Shown here: positions 31,229-40,356 of the stretch, one piece after another
Layout of the letters: each line of letters starts with the position of its first letter
Position numbering within the stretch: position 1 is the stretch's first letter
DNA from: an uncultured Fibrobacteria bacterium
GTDB lineage: Bacteria; Fibrobacterota; Fibrobacteria; UBA11236
DNA: 64,000 bases
Direction: 5' to 3'
NCBI GenBank assembly: GCA_963716395.1
Contig: OY970309.1
Coordinates: forward strand, 3,584,001-3,648,000
The notes under the pieces: generated by a model
What the model was told of the DNA's origin: nothing
Database searches by the model: none
Seen by the model: the letters and a program-made list of their open reading frames with translations, nothing else
Program-made: the position numbers and the translations under genes

Positions 31229-31281
31229 TCAAATTCGAGACTTAATAGGACTTTATGGGATGCCCTAGGAAGAGGAAAAAA

Positions 31282-31645
31282 TGGAGGCGGCGGGAATCGA
31301 ACCCGCGTCCGAAATCAACTCACTGATCACTCCTACATGCTTTTTTCCTGATTTGAATCTCGCCTCGGTGGTCGCCCAAGGAACCGGCTACCGCTTCGGC
31401 CAGTCCGGTGATCTCAATCCCACCCTCCGGACGCGAGCGGGATCCAGCCTCAGAGGTATGCCAATCCCCCCGGCGCTGAGACACCGGCCGGGGAGACTGT
31501 GGCGCCTAATTTTAGTTAGGCAGCCATTGCGAAAGAATTGACTTCTTCTGCAGTTCTGTTTTCCTGGATAGATTTACGAGGCCAACCAGGATCCTCGGCA
31601 TGCGACTTTCAGCTCATCCGATCCCGTCGAGACCTTTACGCCCCC
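31282..31645 (-). ncRNA. ssrA: tmRNA; tag reading frame AEEVNSFAMAA at 31551-31516
   Basis: 5' GGGGGCGTAAAGGTCTCGAC, 3' GGACGCGGGTTCGATTCCCGCCGCCTCCA T-arm/acceptor, and an internal tag ending MAA-TAA. Confidence 0.95.
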
Positions 31646-31666
31646 TCGAAACCTTGAACTGATGGG

Positions 31667-31696
31667 AATATACCCCCTCGACCCGGCTTGGGGCAA
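31667..31696 (-). promoter_or_regulatory. probable sigma70 promoter of ssrA
   Basis: TTGCCC-18 bp-TATATT just upstream of the tmRNA 5' end. Confidence 0.5.
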
Positions 31697-31700
31697 GCCC

Positions 31701-32354
31701 TTAACCGCCCAGAAGCGCCAGTAATTGCGCGCCCGAAAGATCGCGGCTTTTCGCACCCTCCGCAACCCCTGGCGCCATGGCGCCGCGCAGCTTATCAGTC
31801 AGGGCCTGGGCATAATCCAAGGTGAGAATCGAAGCCAAGGCCGGCATGTGCGTGGCCGGATTCGGTTCTTGGGCCACGGAATTCGCCTGTAAGGCACATT
31901 CCAATGCTTCCAAAGCCCGGAATACCGGGTCGGAGGTGGAAATTCCTGCATACTCTTCCGGTATGAACAGGGCTGAATTGAAACCGGGAGTCAGGGTGAC
32001 TTCACCATCGGCTTGGCCCGCAGTGATTTCTGATTCGTCAGACGCGGATTCAGCCTTCCAATCCGGAACCTGGGATTCGTGCGCTTCCGGCTTCTGCGCA
32101 GAGCGCTTTCCCCCATCCCCGACCCAATCCTCGCCGTCAAAAAAATTCAGGGCGCTGATGCCGGCGGCGATATTCTGTGCCGCGGTTTGATAGAGGCGAA
32201 GGAATTGATTCACCTCCCGGCTTTCCGCCGTAGAACGGCTGGCGTTTTCCAAAACGCCTATGGCCGCAAGGTGGGTCTGAAACGTCGGTTCCGAATTCGG
32301 TTCGCCCGGCTTTTCGGTTTGCGCGCTGCCGGTTCTGGCATTTTCGATGCGCAT
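31701..32354 (-). CDS. hypothetical protein
   Basis: GGAGGG RBS before ATG 32354; acidic low-complexity protein with no recognised family. Confidence 0.55.
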   Translation of the reverse strand: MRIENARTGSAQTEKPGEPNSEPTFQTHLAAIGVLENASRSTAESREVNQFLRLYQTAAQNIAAGISALNFFDGEDWVGDGGKRSAQKPEAHESQVPDWKAESASDESEITAGQADGEVTLTPGFNSALFIPEEYAGISTSDPVFRALEALECALQANSVAQEPNPATHMPALASILTLDYAQALTDKLRGAMAPGVAEGAKSRDLSGAQLLALLGG

Positions 32355-32555
32355 GGTATCCCCTCCCTGGGAAAAATTTCGTGGGCGCATGCTCCCCATT
32401 TTTTTATCGGGCGAAATGCCGCGAACTGAATCCGGCCTCACAAATTTTTTGCTTCAACTTCCGCAAGAAGATCCAATTTCCGCATGACCTGGATGCACCA
32501 AGTCCATTACGTATCCTCGGACTTCGGGCGCAAACGAATTTCTGAAGTGAAGTAT

Positions 32556-34091
32556 TCAGGCCGGAACGGCCATCGCCATACGCCGGTCGAGACTGCGATA
32601 GTGAATGGCTTCGGCCAGGTGGCGTTCGCCGATTTCGGATTCCGTTTCCAAGTCGGCCAAGGTGCGCGCGACTTTTAAAATGCGATCGTGGGCGCGGGCC
32701 GAAAGTCCCAGCGATTCCAGCGCGCGGCGGAACAGCGATAAAGCCGTCGCCGGCAAGGCGCAGAATCGGCGCACCTCGCGCGGGGACATCTGGGCGTTGC
32801 AATGCACGCCGGGGATATCCTGAAACCTTTGCCGCTGCAAGGCGCGGGCCGCCAAGACCCGCGTGCGCACCGATTCCGAAGTTTCCTCGAGCCGTTCGGC
32901 CAGCAATTCGTCCACCGTCAAAGCTGCGACTTCGAGGTGCAAATCAATGCGGTCGAGCAGCGGACCCGAAATTTTCGCGCGGTAGCGGCGCACGGCCTCG
33001 GGCCGGCAAACGCATCGTCCCATCCGATCTTGCAGATGGCCGCAAGGGCAAGGGTTCATGGCCGCGCCCAGCATGCAGCGCGAAGGATAGGTCACCCGAT
33101 GGGCGGTGCGCGCAATGGTGACCGCGCCATCCTCCAAAGGTTGGCGCAGGGTTTCCAGCGTCGATTTTCGGAATTCGGGCAACTCATCGAGGAACAAGAC
33201 GCCGTGGTGCGCGAGGCTGACCTCGCCGGGACGCGGATCGCGGCCGCCGCCCACCAGGGCCTGATCGCTGATGGAATGATGCGGGGCGCGGAAGGGCCGG
33301 CCGCGGAGCAATCCATGCCCGGGTTTGAGCAGGCCCGACACGCTGTACACGCGGGTGACTTCGAGGCTTTCCTCATGCGACAGCGGCGGCAGGATCGTGG
33401 GTAACCTTCGCGCTAACATGGTTTTTCCGCAGCCGGGTGAACCCAACATGAGAAAATTGTGGCCTCCGGCGGCCGCGGTTTCCAGCGCCCGTTTGGCGGA
33501 GACCTGGCCTTTGATTTCGGAAAAATCCGCGCCGGTATTCACATCGGTTTCGTCCGGAACCGGTGCGGCCGCGGGTTCGCCTTCGCCGCGCAACCAGGCG
33601 ATGGCGGCGAGCAAAGAAGTTGCCGGACACAATTGCGCGGCCGACACCAAGGCAGCTTCCGGCGTGTTGGCCGCGGGCAACAAGACCTTGGCCAGTCCGA
33701 GCTTGCGGGCCATCAAGGTCATGGACAGAAGGCCGCGCACCGGACGCAATCCCCCGTCGAGCGCCAATTCGCCCAGCACGAGCACGTCGGATAATCCCGC
33801 CCCGGCGATTTGTTCGGAAGCGGCCAATATACCGAGCGCCATGGGGAGGTCGAAGGCCGAGCCTTCTTTGCGCACGTCGGCCGGAGCCAGATTGACCGTG
33901 ATGCGCCGGCTGGGTACGGTAAAGCCGGAATTTTTCAGGGCCGAGAACACGCGCTCGCGCGCCTCTTTCACGGCCGAGTCGGGCAACCCGACCAGGCTGA
34001 AACCCGGCAGGCCGGGAGCGATGTCGACTTCGACCGTGATGGGAATGGCTTCGATACCGTGGATGGCGCCGCTATGCAGCACCGCCAGCAT
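32556..34091 (-). CDS. comM: ComM/YifB Mg-chelatase-like AAA+ ATPase
   Basis: VGLPDSAVKEARERV, VNLAPAD..KEGSAFDLP, GSPGCGKT, RPFRAPHH, PGEVSLAHHGVLFLDE, AMNPCPCG, ISGPLLDRID. Confidence 0.95.
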   Translation of the reverse strand: MLAVLHSGAIHGIEAIPITVEVDIAPGLPGFSLVGLPDSAVKEARERVFSALKNSGFTVPSRRITVNLAPADVRKEGSAFDLPMALGILAASEQIAGAGLSDVLVLGELALDGGLRPVRGLLSMTLMARKLGLAKVLLPAANTPEAALVSAAQLCPATSLLAAIAWLRGEGEPAAAPVPDETDVNTGADFSEIKGQVSAKRALETAAAGGHNFLMLGSPGCGKTMLARRLPTILPPLSHEESLEVTRVYSVSGLLKPGHGLLRGRPFRAPHHSISDQALVGGGRDPRPGEVSLAHHGVLFLDELPEFRKSTLETLRQPLEDGAVTIARTAHRVTYPSRCMLGAAMNPCPCGHLQDRMGRCVCRPEAVRRYRAKISGPLLDRIDLHLEVAALTVDELLAERLEETSESVRTRVLAARALQRQRFQDIPGVHCNAQMSPREVRRFCALPATALSLFRRALESLGLSARAHDRILKVARTLADLETESEIGERHLAEAIHYRSLDRRMAMAVPA

Positions 34092-34377
34092 GCGCCGCCT
34101 CCCGCCGCACCACCGCCGGGCATAACCCCGCTTGCCGGTGGAACGCTTCCAGCACCGAGGTGCGCAAGGCGCGTGCAAAAGAGGGACGAAGCCCCTCCAC
34201 CAGCCTCCGCCGGCCGGACGCGGGAAAGGTGAGGAAATATCCCAGCGGTCCGCGATGGATCCCGATGCCGCGCAGGGCCATCACCCCGTCGAATTCGACT
34301 TCCGCCTCGGCGATTTCCCGCTCCGTTCCGCGATTGTTCGCGGATCCGGGCACAATGTTAACATGAGTGATACGCAT
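34072..34377 (-). CDS. divergent SpoVG-like protein
   Basis: MRITHVNI...IAEAEVEFDG...RGIGI..GPLG.FLTFP...LRTSVLEAF aligns by eye with SpoVG; overlaps the comM start. Confidence 0.6.
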   Translation of the reverse strand: MRITHVNIVPGSANNRGTEREIAEAEVEFDGVMALRGIGIHRGPLGYFLTFPASGRRRLVEGLRPSFARALRTSVLEAFHRQAGLCPAVVRREAAHAGGAA

Positions 34378-34448
34378 GGATTTTCGATCCCCGCCCCGCC
34401 GGATGCCCTGCATCCGACGGGGGAAACCCACAGGTTTCCGGGGAATCT

Positions 34449-34733
34449 TCAGGCCGCCTGGGCCTCCCATTGCCGCAGAATGCGCTCGGAGAGGTAATCC
34501 TGCAACGCCTTGGTGATGGGATGGCAGAAAGGATAGGCCTTGCCCTCTTTCTTGTTGTACTCGTTGGGGAACGAGATGAAAGGCCCGAACTTGCCGCGTA
34601 TCACGCGAATGCTGTTGATGCGGAATTGGCCGTTCAGGACCACGCGGGCAAAGGCCTGCAAGGGGTTGCCCTCGACTCCGTTTTTGACGGGTTGGATGTG
34701 GACTTCGGTGACTTCGAGACCCTGAATGCTCAT
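34449..34733 (-). CDS. spoVG: SpoVG family protein
   Basis: EVTEVHI...LQAFARVVLN..F.I..IRVI.G..G.FISFP...CHPIT; AAGGAG RBS. Confidence 0.85.
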   Translation of the reverse strand: MSIQGLEVTEVHIQPVKNGVEGNPLQAFARVVLNGQFRINSIRVIRGKFGPFISFPNEYNKKEGKAYPFCHPITKALQDYLSERILRQWEAQAA

Positions 34734-35141
34734 GGGTTCTTCTCCTTGTGATGGATGTTCCGGCGGCGATTGGTTTGGATTGAGTCTCGCCGGGCCTTCG
34801 GAATTTCTTCCGTCGACATGAAAACGTTAATACAAAACCCATGCCAAGAAAAGATCGGCAGCACAGCGCCGTATTTTTGCGGCCCGGCAATCCTTTGAGT
34901 GCAGCTGGGTGAAGCCCGGTGCAAATCGGTGAAAAGTTGCGCGCGTGCCCAGCTCTATCACCCTTGTTCTTCGCGCCGACGAAGGCGGAACCACGCGACG
35001 AACTTGTCGGGTTCGTTATCTCTCGACGTGCTCGGGTACCAAGTTCACCCGCCGTGCGCTGACTCACCCTTCGTGCCCTGAACTCGTCGAAAGGCACCAT
35101 TTGATCGCGGTTGGTTTGTGAGGGGTTCTGATATTTCGGGG

Positions 35142-38100
35142 ATGTCCGCCACACCCGCCGAGAAAAAATCCCGCCTGCTGGAAATAGCCGGGTCAGTGCC
35201 GGCCGCCTTGGTGCAGGCGCATTTGCAACGGCTGGACCACGATTATTGGAACGAGTTTTCCGCCGAAGAAATTCTCGGCCACCTGAAGGCCTTGGCCGGG
35301 ATGTCCGCCGCCACGCCTTATTCCGTAAGCCTCGAAGCCTGGGATGCGGGGGTTTTCGGACTCACCTTGTTGGGCCAGGACTTCACGGGCTTTTTCGCGG
35401 CCGCCTCGGGTTTTCTCGCGGGCGCGGGTTACGATATTCGCGCGGGCAAGGCCTTCACCTTTGCCGCCCACCCCGCTTGGCCGGCGCTCCCCCGCGGCGG
35501 CATGATCGATTTTTTCGTGTTGCAGCGCGCCGCCGATGGCGACGACGCCGAGCGCGCGCGCCTCGTGGCCGAAATGGAAAATCTGTTCCGTCGCTTCGAG
35601 TCCGGAGACGCCGCCTCCATCCGCGTGGATTTGTTCCGGCGCATCGGCGAGCGCCTCGCGGCCCACAATCCCCTGGCCGAAGAGGCCATGCCGCTGGAGA
35701 TCCACTATCACGCCCTCAGCTCGGGCACCCAAGTCGTAATCCGCGGTCCGGATCGCGAGATAATGCTGTTCTGCATCGCCAGCGCCCTGGCGCTGCGCGG
35801 CTTGTCGCTGGTCAAGCTCATCGCCGCGCCCGCGGCCTCCGGATTTTTCGAAGACCGCGTGACCGTGGTCGGTCCGGGAGGGCAGCCCTTGCGCGAGGCG
35901 CGCGAGTTGGAAAAAATCCGCGCGGGCATCGCGCTCATGCAGCGCCTGCTGGCCACCTTGCCCCAGGCCGCGAACCTGCAGGCCGCGGCCGAAGGCCTGC
36001 AAGGCTTGATGGACGACTGGCTGGAAGAATCCGTAGCCCTGACCGAAGACGGCGGACCCGAAGCCCTGCCCGCCTTATCGCGCGTGCTCACGGCCGGGCC
36101 GCGCATGTGGGAGGCCGTGCACGCCTTGGGTCCGCGGGCGTTTCGCGCTGTGCTGGCCGCTTTGGGTACACACGCCACCGCGACCACGCGCGCGGAACAC
36201 CACCGGCGCCTCGAAGCTTTGCGATCTTCGTCACCGAATATCGAGACATTCTTCGCGGCCTGCCGAGACTACCGCGAGCGCGAGGTGCTGCAGGCCGAAT
36301 TGGATTTGCTGCTGACGCCGGCGCGCGATTTCGACGACTTCGCGGCGCGCTTGCAGGCGCTGGCCGAGGCCCTGCTCGAAGGCGTGCTCGCAACCCTACG
36401 GGTCGAAGCGGAACGGCGCTGCGGCGCGCCCGGAGCGCATGCTCTGTTTGCACTGGGGAAATTCGGCGGCGAGGAATTGGGAACCGGGTCGGATTTGGAA
36501 ATCCTGTGGATGTATGCGGGCCCGGGCCGAACCGCGGGTCCCGAGCCAGTGGAACGCGCCGAGTTTTTCGAGCGCCTGGCCCGGGAGTTGATGCAGGCTT
36601 TGACCGCTCCATCCGGCGCAACCTTGGCCTTGGATTGGCGCTTGCGCCCCCATGGCGAAAGCGGCCCCTTGGCCGTGAGTTTTCCCGCCTGGAAAAAGTA
36701 TTGGGACGGCGCGGGCGTGCTGGAATATGAACGCCAGGCCTTGATCCGACTGCGGCCGGTTTACGGTGACCCGGAATTGATACGCGCCGTGCTCGCCGTT
36801 CGCGATCGCGTAACCTATGCCGATCCGCCGCGCCCCGTGGCCGAAACGCTGGAGCTGCATCGCCGCCAGGTTCAAAGCAAGAGCAAAGCCGGATTCTGGA
36901 ACGCGAAGTATTCCCCCGGCGGCATGGTCGAGCTCGAATACGCCGTGCAGTTTCTGCAACTGGCGCAGGGCCGTAACCCCGCCGTGCGCCAAAACCGTCT
37001 CGATCGCGCTTTGGAAGCCCTGCTCGAAACCGGAGTCTTGACCCTGGCCGAGTTCGAGCACCTGGTCGGCGCGCACCTGTTTCTGCGCCGCCTCATCAAC
37101 GCACTGCGGCTGGTGCGCGGCCGGTCGGAAGATTTGCATTGCCCGCCGCCCGCCACGCCGGAATTCGCTTTCCTGGCGAAACGCCTGAGCTACGTCTCGC
37201 GGCCCGCGATCACGGCCGAAGCGCAATTGGAGCGCGACCTCAACCAGGCCCGGCGTGCGGTGTCGGCCTTTTTCCGCCACCGCTTCGGCGATGGCGAAAA
37301 ACCCGCTTGGATGTACACATCGATCGCCGAGGCGCTGATGGATCCCGAAGCCGAACCCGAAGAAGCCGCTTCGGCCCTGGAGCGCCTGGGAATGTCGCGT
37401 GTGCCCCAGGCGCGCGACCTCTTTCTCGATTTTTTCCAGCGCCTGTCGGAAAAGCGGCTGGCCGCAGCCTGCCTGCTGGTGCATGAGAGCGAATTCCGCC
37501 GCAGCCCCGATCCCGGCGGCATGCTCCGCAAGTTGACCCAATTCCTGCAAAGCCTGGAGCAACCCGATCTCTTCGTGCGCCAGTCTCTGCATTATCCCCC
37601 GCTGTTCGAAATGCTGCTGCGGCTTTTCGCCGATAGCGACGCCTTGTCGGATCTGGTCTTGCGCGCGGGAGAAGGGTTCAAGTTGCTGGCGCAAATCGAA
37701 GCCCTGGAACCGCCGCGTTTCGAAGCAGACTTCCGGCGTTCGGCGGCGCAGGCCTGCTCGGGGCGCGGCGATGCGGCCGAGGCCTTGGGACGCCTGCGCA
37801 ATCGCGAATACCTGCGCATCGCCCTACGCGATCTCTACCTGCAGGTGCATGTGCAAAAAATCACCTTTGAACTTTCCGCGCTCTCCGACGCCTTGATGGC
37901 AGAAGCCTGGAGGCAAATAGCCTCGGCCCAAACGGCGGATCGGCTGTGCCTGGTGGCCCTGGGCAAATTGGGCGGACGCGAACTCAATTACAGTTCCGAC
38001 GTCGATTTGGTGTTTCTGGGCGGCGAGGCGTCCCGCTCCGAAGGAGAACAAGCCGAAGACGAAGCCGCGGCCCGCGCCTTGATCGAATTGCTGACGCGCT

Positions 38101-38798
38101 CCACGGCCGAAGGTCGCCTGTTCCGGGTCGACATGAATCTGCGGCCTTGGGGCGCTGCCGGGCCGCTCATCGCTTCGGCGCCGGGGCTGCGCGCTTATTG
38201 CGAACACGAAGCCGGCGGCTGGGAATTGCAGGCCTGGCTCAAAGCGCGCCCCGTGGCGGGGAATCTCGCACTGGGCCACCGTCTGATCGGCGCCGTGCAG
38301 GCCATGGCCTGCGCGCCCGCGCAACGCCAACGCGTCATCGCCAGCATGCGCCAGGTGCGACTGCAGGGCTTGGACAAATTGCAGCGCGAAAACCTGCTGA
38401 CGGGCGAAGTCAAGCTCGGGCCGGGAGGCATCCGCACCGTGGAGTTTTACACCCAGTCCCTGCAAATCCGCCATGGCGCGGACATTCCCGAATTGATCAC
38501 CGGCAACACCCTCGAAGCGTTGGGCCGTCTGTATCGCTACGGATTGGTGCCCGAGCATCGTTTTCACCTGCTCTCCGACGCCTATGTATTTCTGCGGCGG
38601 GTGGAGCATCTGCTGCAGTTGCAGGGACTGCGGCAGGTGCATACGCTGCCCGCGGAGGCCGAGGCCCTGAACCGGCTGGCGGGTCAGATGGGGTGCGAAG
38701 ATCGCATCGGCCAATCGGCGCGCGCGGCCTTTCTCGAACAATACCGCAAGCACATGCTTTCGCTGCAGCCGCTTTCCGCGGAACTGTTCGGCTATTAA
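35142..38798 (+). CDS. glnE: GlnE-like bifunctional adenylyltransferase with N-terminal ACT-like domains
   Basis: Two NTase modules (ALGKFGGEEL..GSDLE; ALGKLGGRELNYSSDVDL), D.RLRP.G..GPL, K..PGG...E motifs. Confidence 0.8.
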   Translation: MSATPAEKKSRLLEIAGSVPAALVQAHLQRLDHDYWNEFSAEEILGHLKALAGMSAATPYSVSLEAWDAGVFGLTLLGQDFTGFFAAASGFLAGAGYDIRAGKAFTFAAHPAWPALPRGGMIDFFVLQRAADGDDAERARLVAEMENLFRRFESGDAASIRVDLFRRIGERLAAHNPLAEEAMPLEIHYHALSSGTQVVIRGPDREIMLFCIASALALRGLSLVKLIAAPAASGFFEDRVTVVGPGGQPLREARELEKIRAGIALMQRLLATLPQAANLQAAAEGLQGLMDDWLEESVALTEDGGPEALPALSRVLTAGPRMWEAVHALGPRAFRAVLAALGTHATATTRAEHHRRLEALRSSSPNIETFFAACRDYREREVLQAELDLLLTPARDFDDFAARLQALAEALLEGVLATLRVEAERRCGAPGAHALFALGKFGGEELGTGSDLEILWMYAGPGRTAGPEPVERAEFFERLARELMQALTAPSGATLALDWRLRPHGESGPLAVSFPAWKKYWDGAGVLEYERQALIRLRPVYGDPELIRAVLAVRDRVTYADPPRPVAETLELHRRQVQSKSKAGFWNAKYSPGGMVELEYAVQFLQLAQGRNPAVRQNRLDRALEALLETGVLTLAEFEHLVGAHLFLRRLINALRLVRGRSEDLHCPPPATPEFAFLAKRLSYVSRPAITAEAQLERDLNQARRAVSAFFRHRFGDGEKPAWMYTSIAEALMDPEAEPEEAASALERLGMSRVPQARDLFLDFFQRLSEKRLAAACLLVHESEFRRSPDPGGMLRKLTQFLQSLEQPDLFVRQSLHYPPLFEMLLRLFADSDALSDLVLRAGEGFKLLAQIEALEPPRFEADFRRSAAQACSGRGDAAEALGRLRNREYLRIALRDLYLQVHVQKITFELSALSDALMAEAWRQIASAQTADRLCLVALGKLGGRELNYSSDVDLVFLGGEASRSEGEQAEDEAAARALIELLTRSTAEGRLFRVDMNLRPWGAAGPLIASAPGLRAYCEHEAGGWELQAWLKARPVAGNLALGHRLIGAVQAMACAPAQRQRVIASMRQVRLQGLDKLQRENLLTGEVKLGPGGIRTVEFYTQSLQIRHGADIPELITGNTLEALGRLYRYGLVPEHRFHLLSDAYVFLRRVEHLLQLQGLRQVHTLPAEAEALNRLAGQMGCEDRIGQSARAAFLEQYRKHMLSLQPLSAELFGY

Positions 38799-38848
38799 AC
38801 CCGGATTAAAAACGTCTCAAGGATTCGTAACCGGCGCCGATATCCAGG

Positions 38849-39499
38849 ATGGCCATGCTGCTTTCCTTTCGACATCGCTTCATATTTTTCCATATCTGGA
38901 AAACGGCCGGAACCAGTATTCAGAAAGCCTTGGGTCCCTATGCCAATAACGCGGAAAAATTCGGATTGCGTGATCATTGCAAGGCGCGGGAGTTAGTGGA
39001 AATCATTTCGGTGGAATTCGAGTCTTTCTTTAAATTCGCCGTGGTGCGCAACCCATGGGAATTGGAAGTTTCGATCTATGAATTCGGCCGTAAATGTTTC
39101 CTGGAAAAGCATCCCTCGAACAACTGGACGCGGGACTACACCTTCGAAGAATTCATTCTCAAACGCGCCTCGGAGCGAACCTGTTTCGGCGACCAACTCC
39201 AATTCGTCGTGGATTACGACGGCAAGCTTTTGGTCGATTATATTGCACGATTTGAAAACATCCATCAAGACTTTACGAACATCTGCAAAATCCTCGGAGT
39301 TTCCGCCTGCTTGCCCCATCTCAATACCGTAGCGCATCGACCCTACCCGGAATATTACACACCACGGTTGCGCGAAATCGTTCGCCGTATCAGCCGGCCT
39401 GAAATTCAGATGTTCGGTTATAATTTCGACCCGGAGGCAGGCACCCAACCCTCGTCAACGCCTTCCGCCCCCGTCGAGACCACGTTGAACATCGCCTGA
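38849..39499 (+). CDS. sulfotransferase family 2 protein
   Basis: FFHIWKTAGTSI, FKFAVVRNPW...S, DYIARFENI..DF motifs. Confidence 0.85.
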   Translation: MAMLLSFRHRFIFFHIWKTAGTSIQKALGPYANNAEKFGLRDHCKARELVEIISVEFESFFKFAVVRNPWELEVSIYEFGRKCFLEKHPSNNWTRDYTFEEFILKRASERTCFGDQLQFVVDYDGKLLVDYIARFENIHQDFTNICKILGVSACLPHLNTVAHRPYPEYYTPRLREIVRRISRPEIQMFGYNFDPEAGTQPSSTPSAPVETTLNIA

Positions 39500-39549
39500 T
39501 TCCCAGACTGCGGCCGCCGCCCGCGGTCGCGATGACTAATGTTTGGGAC

Positions 39550-40326
39550 ATGAAATATCCTTTTCCCCGCCGCCGCCATGACCGCCCGGCCTCGACCGCG
39601 GCCAAGGAATCCCGGCATCCGTCCTTCCGCAGCCATCCTGCCGGCCCGCCGCCGAGCCCGGAAAGGCTGCGGGCTTTGCTGGAAAGCCACGGCGTGCGCC
39701 TGACGGATCGGGTGCGGGAGCAACTTTGGCGTTACCATCAATTGCTGCGAAAGCACAACGGCGACCGCGATCTCACGCGTCTCATCGGTTTCGAAACCAT
39801 GGTGCAGCGGCATTACGCCGATTGCCTGATCCTCGATCGCTATCTGCATGGCCGCTGGCCTTCGCCCCTGGTCGACATCGGCAGCGGCGCGGGTTTTCCC
39901 GGGCTCATGATCAAGCTCATCGCTCCGGAAACCGAAATCATTTTGGCCGAACCGAGGCCCCGGCGCGCGGATTTTCTGGCCTTGGCCATTCGCGAATTGG
40001 GGCTCACGAAGATATCGGTGTTCGGGCACAAATTCACTTCGCGCTCCTTCACCCAACCCGTGCGCGGCGCCATCACCCGCGCCTTCGAGCCCCTCGGCAA
40101 AACCCTGCCGCGGCTTTCCCACGCTTTGGAAATCGGCGGCACGGCCATGTTTATGAAAGGTCCGGGAGCGGCCGAAGAATTGCGCGAGCCCCTGCCGCCG
40201 GAGTACCGCTTGCTCCGGCGCGAGGCCTACCGCATTCCCGCCACGACCTTGGATCGCGAACTACTGATATTCGAAAGGTTGCCGGCCCCGTCCGCGGAAC
40301 CGCGCACCACAAACCCGGCCGACTGA
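39550..40326 (+). CDS. rsmG: 16S rRNA m7G527 methyltransferase RsmG
   Basis: DLTR...RHYADCL, DIGSGAGFPG, ITRAF, MKG motifs. Confidence 0.9.
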   Translation: MKYPFPRRRHDRPASTAAKESRHPSFRSHPAGPPPSPERLRALLESHGVRLTDRVREQLWRYHQLLRKHNGDRDLTRLIGFETMVQRHYADCLILDRYLHGRWPSPLVDIGSGAGFPGLMIKLIAPETEIILAEPRPRRADFLALAIRELGLTKISVFGHKFTSRSFTQPVRGAITRAFEPLGKTLPRLSHALEIGGTAMFMKGPGAAEELREPLPPEYRLLRREAYRIPATTLDRELLIFERLPAPSAEPRTTNPAD

Positions 40327-40356
40327 GTGGGTGACTCCGGAGCTACCCCGCTCTGC

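Larger units (their letters stand above)
14504..31281. mobile_element. degenerate defence genomic island adjacent to the tmRNA 3' end
   Basis: Integrase remnant next to the ssrA 3' end, RM/Abi/TA cargo and visibly more AT-rich sequence; left boundary uncertain because no att repeat was found. Confidence 0.75.

Noticed and set aside
39550-40326. rsmG separated from mnmG as a sign of rearrangement
   Set aside because: The gidA-gidB linkage is broken in many lineages, so this is uninformative without comparative genomes.
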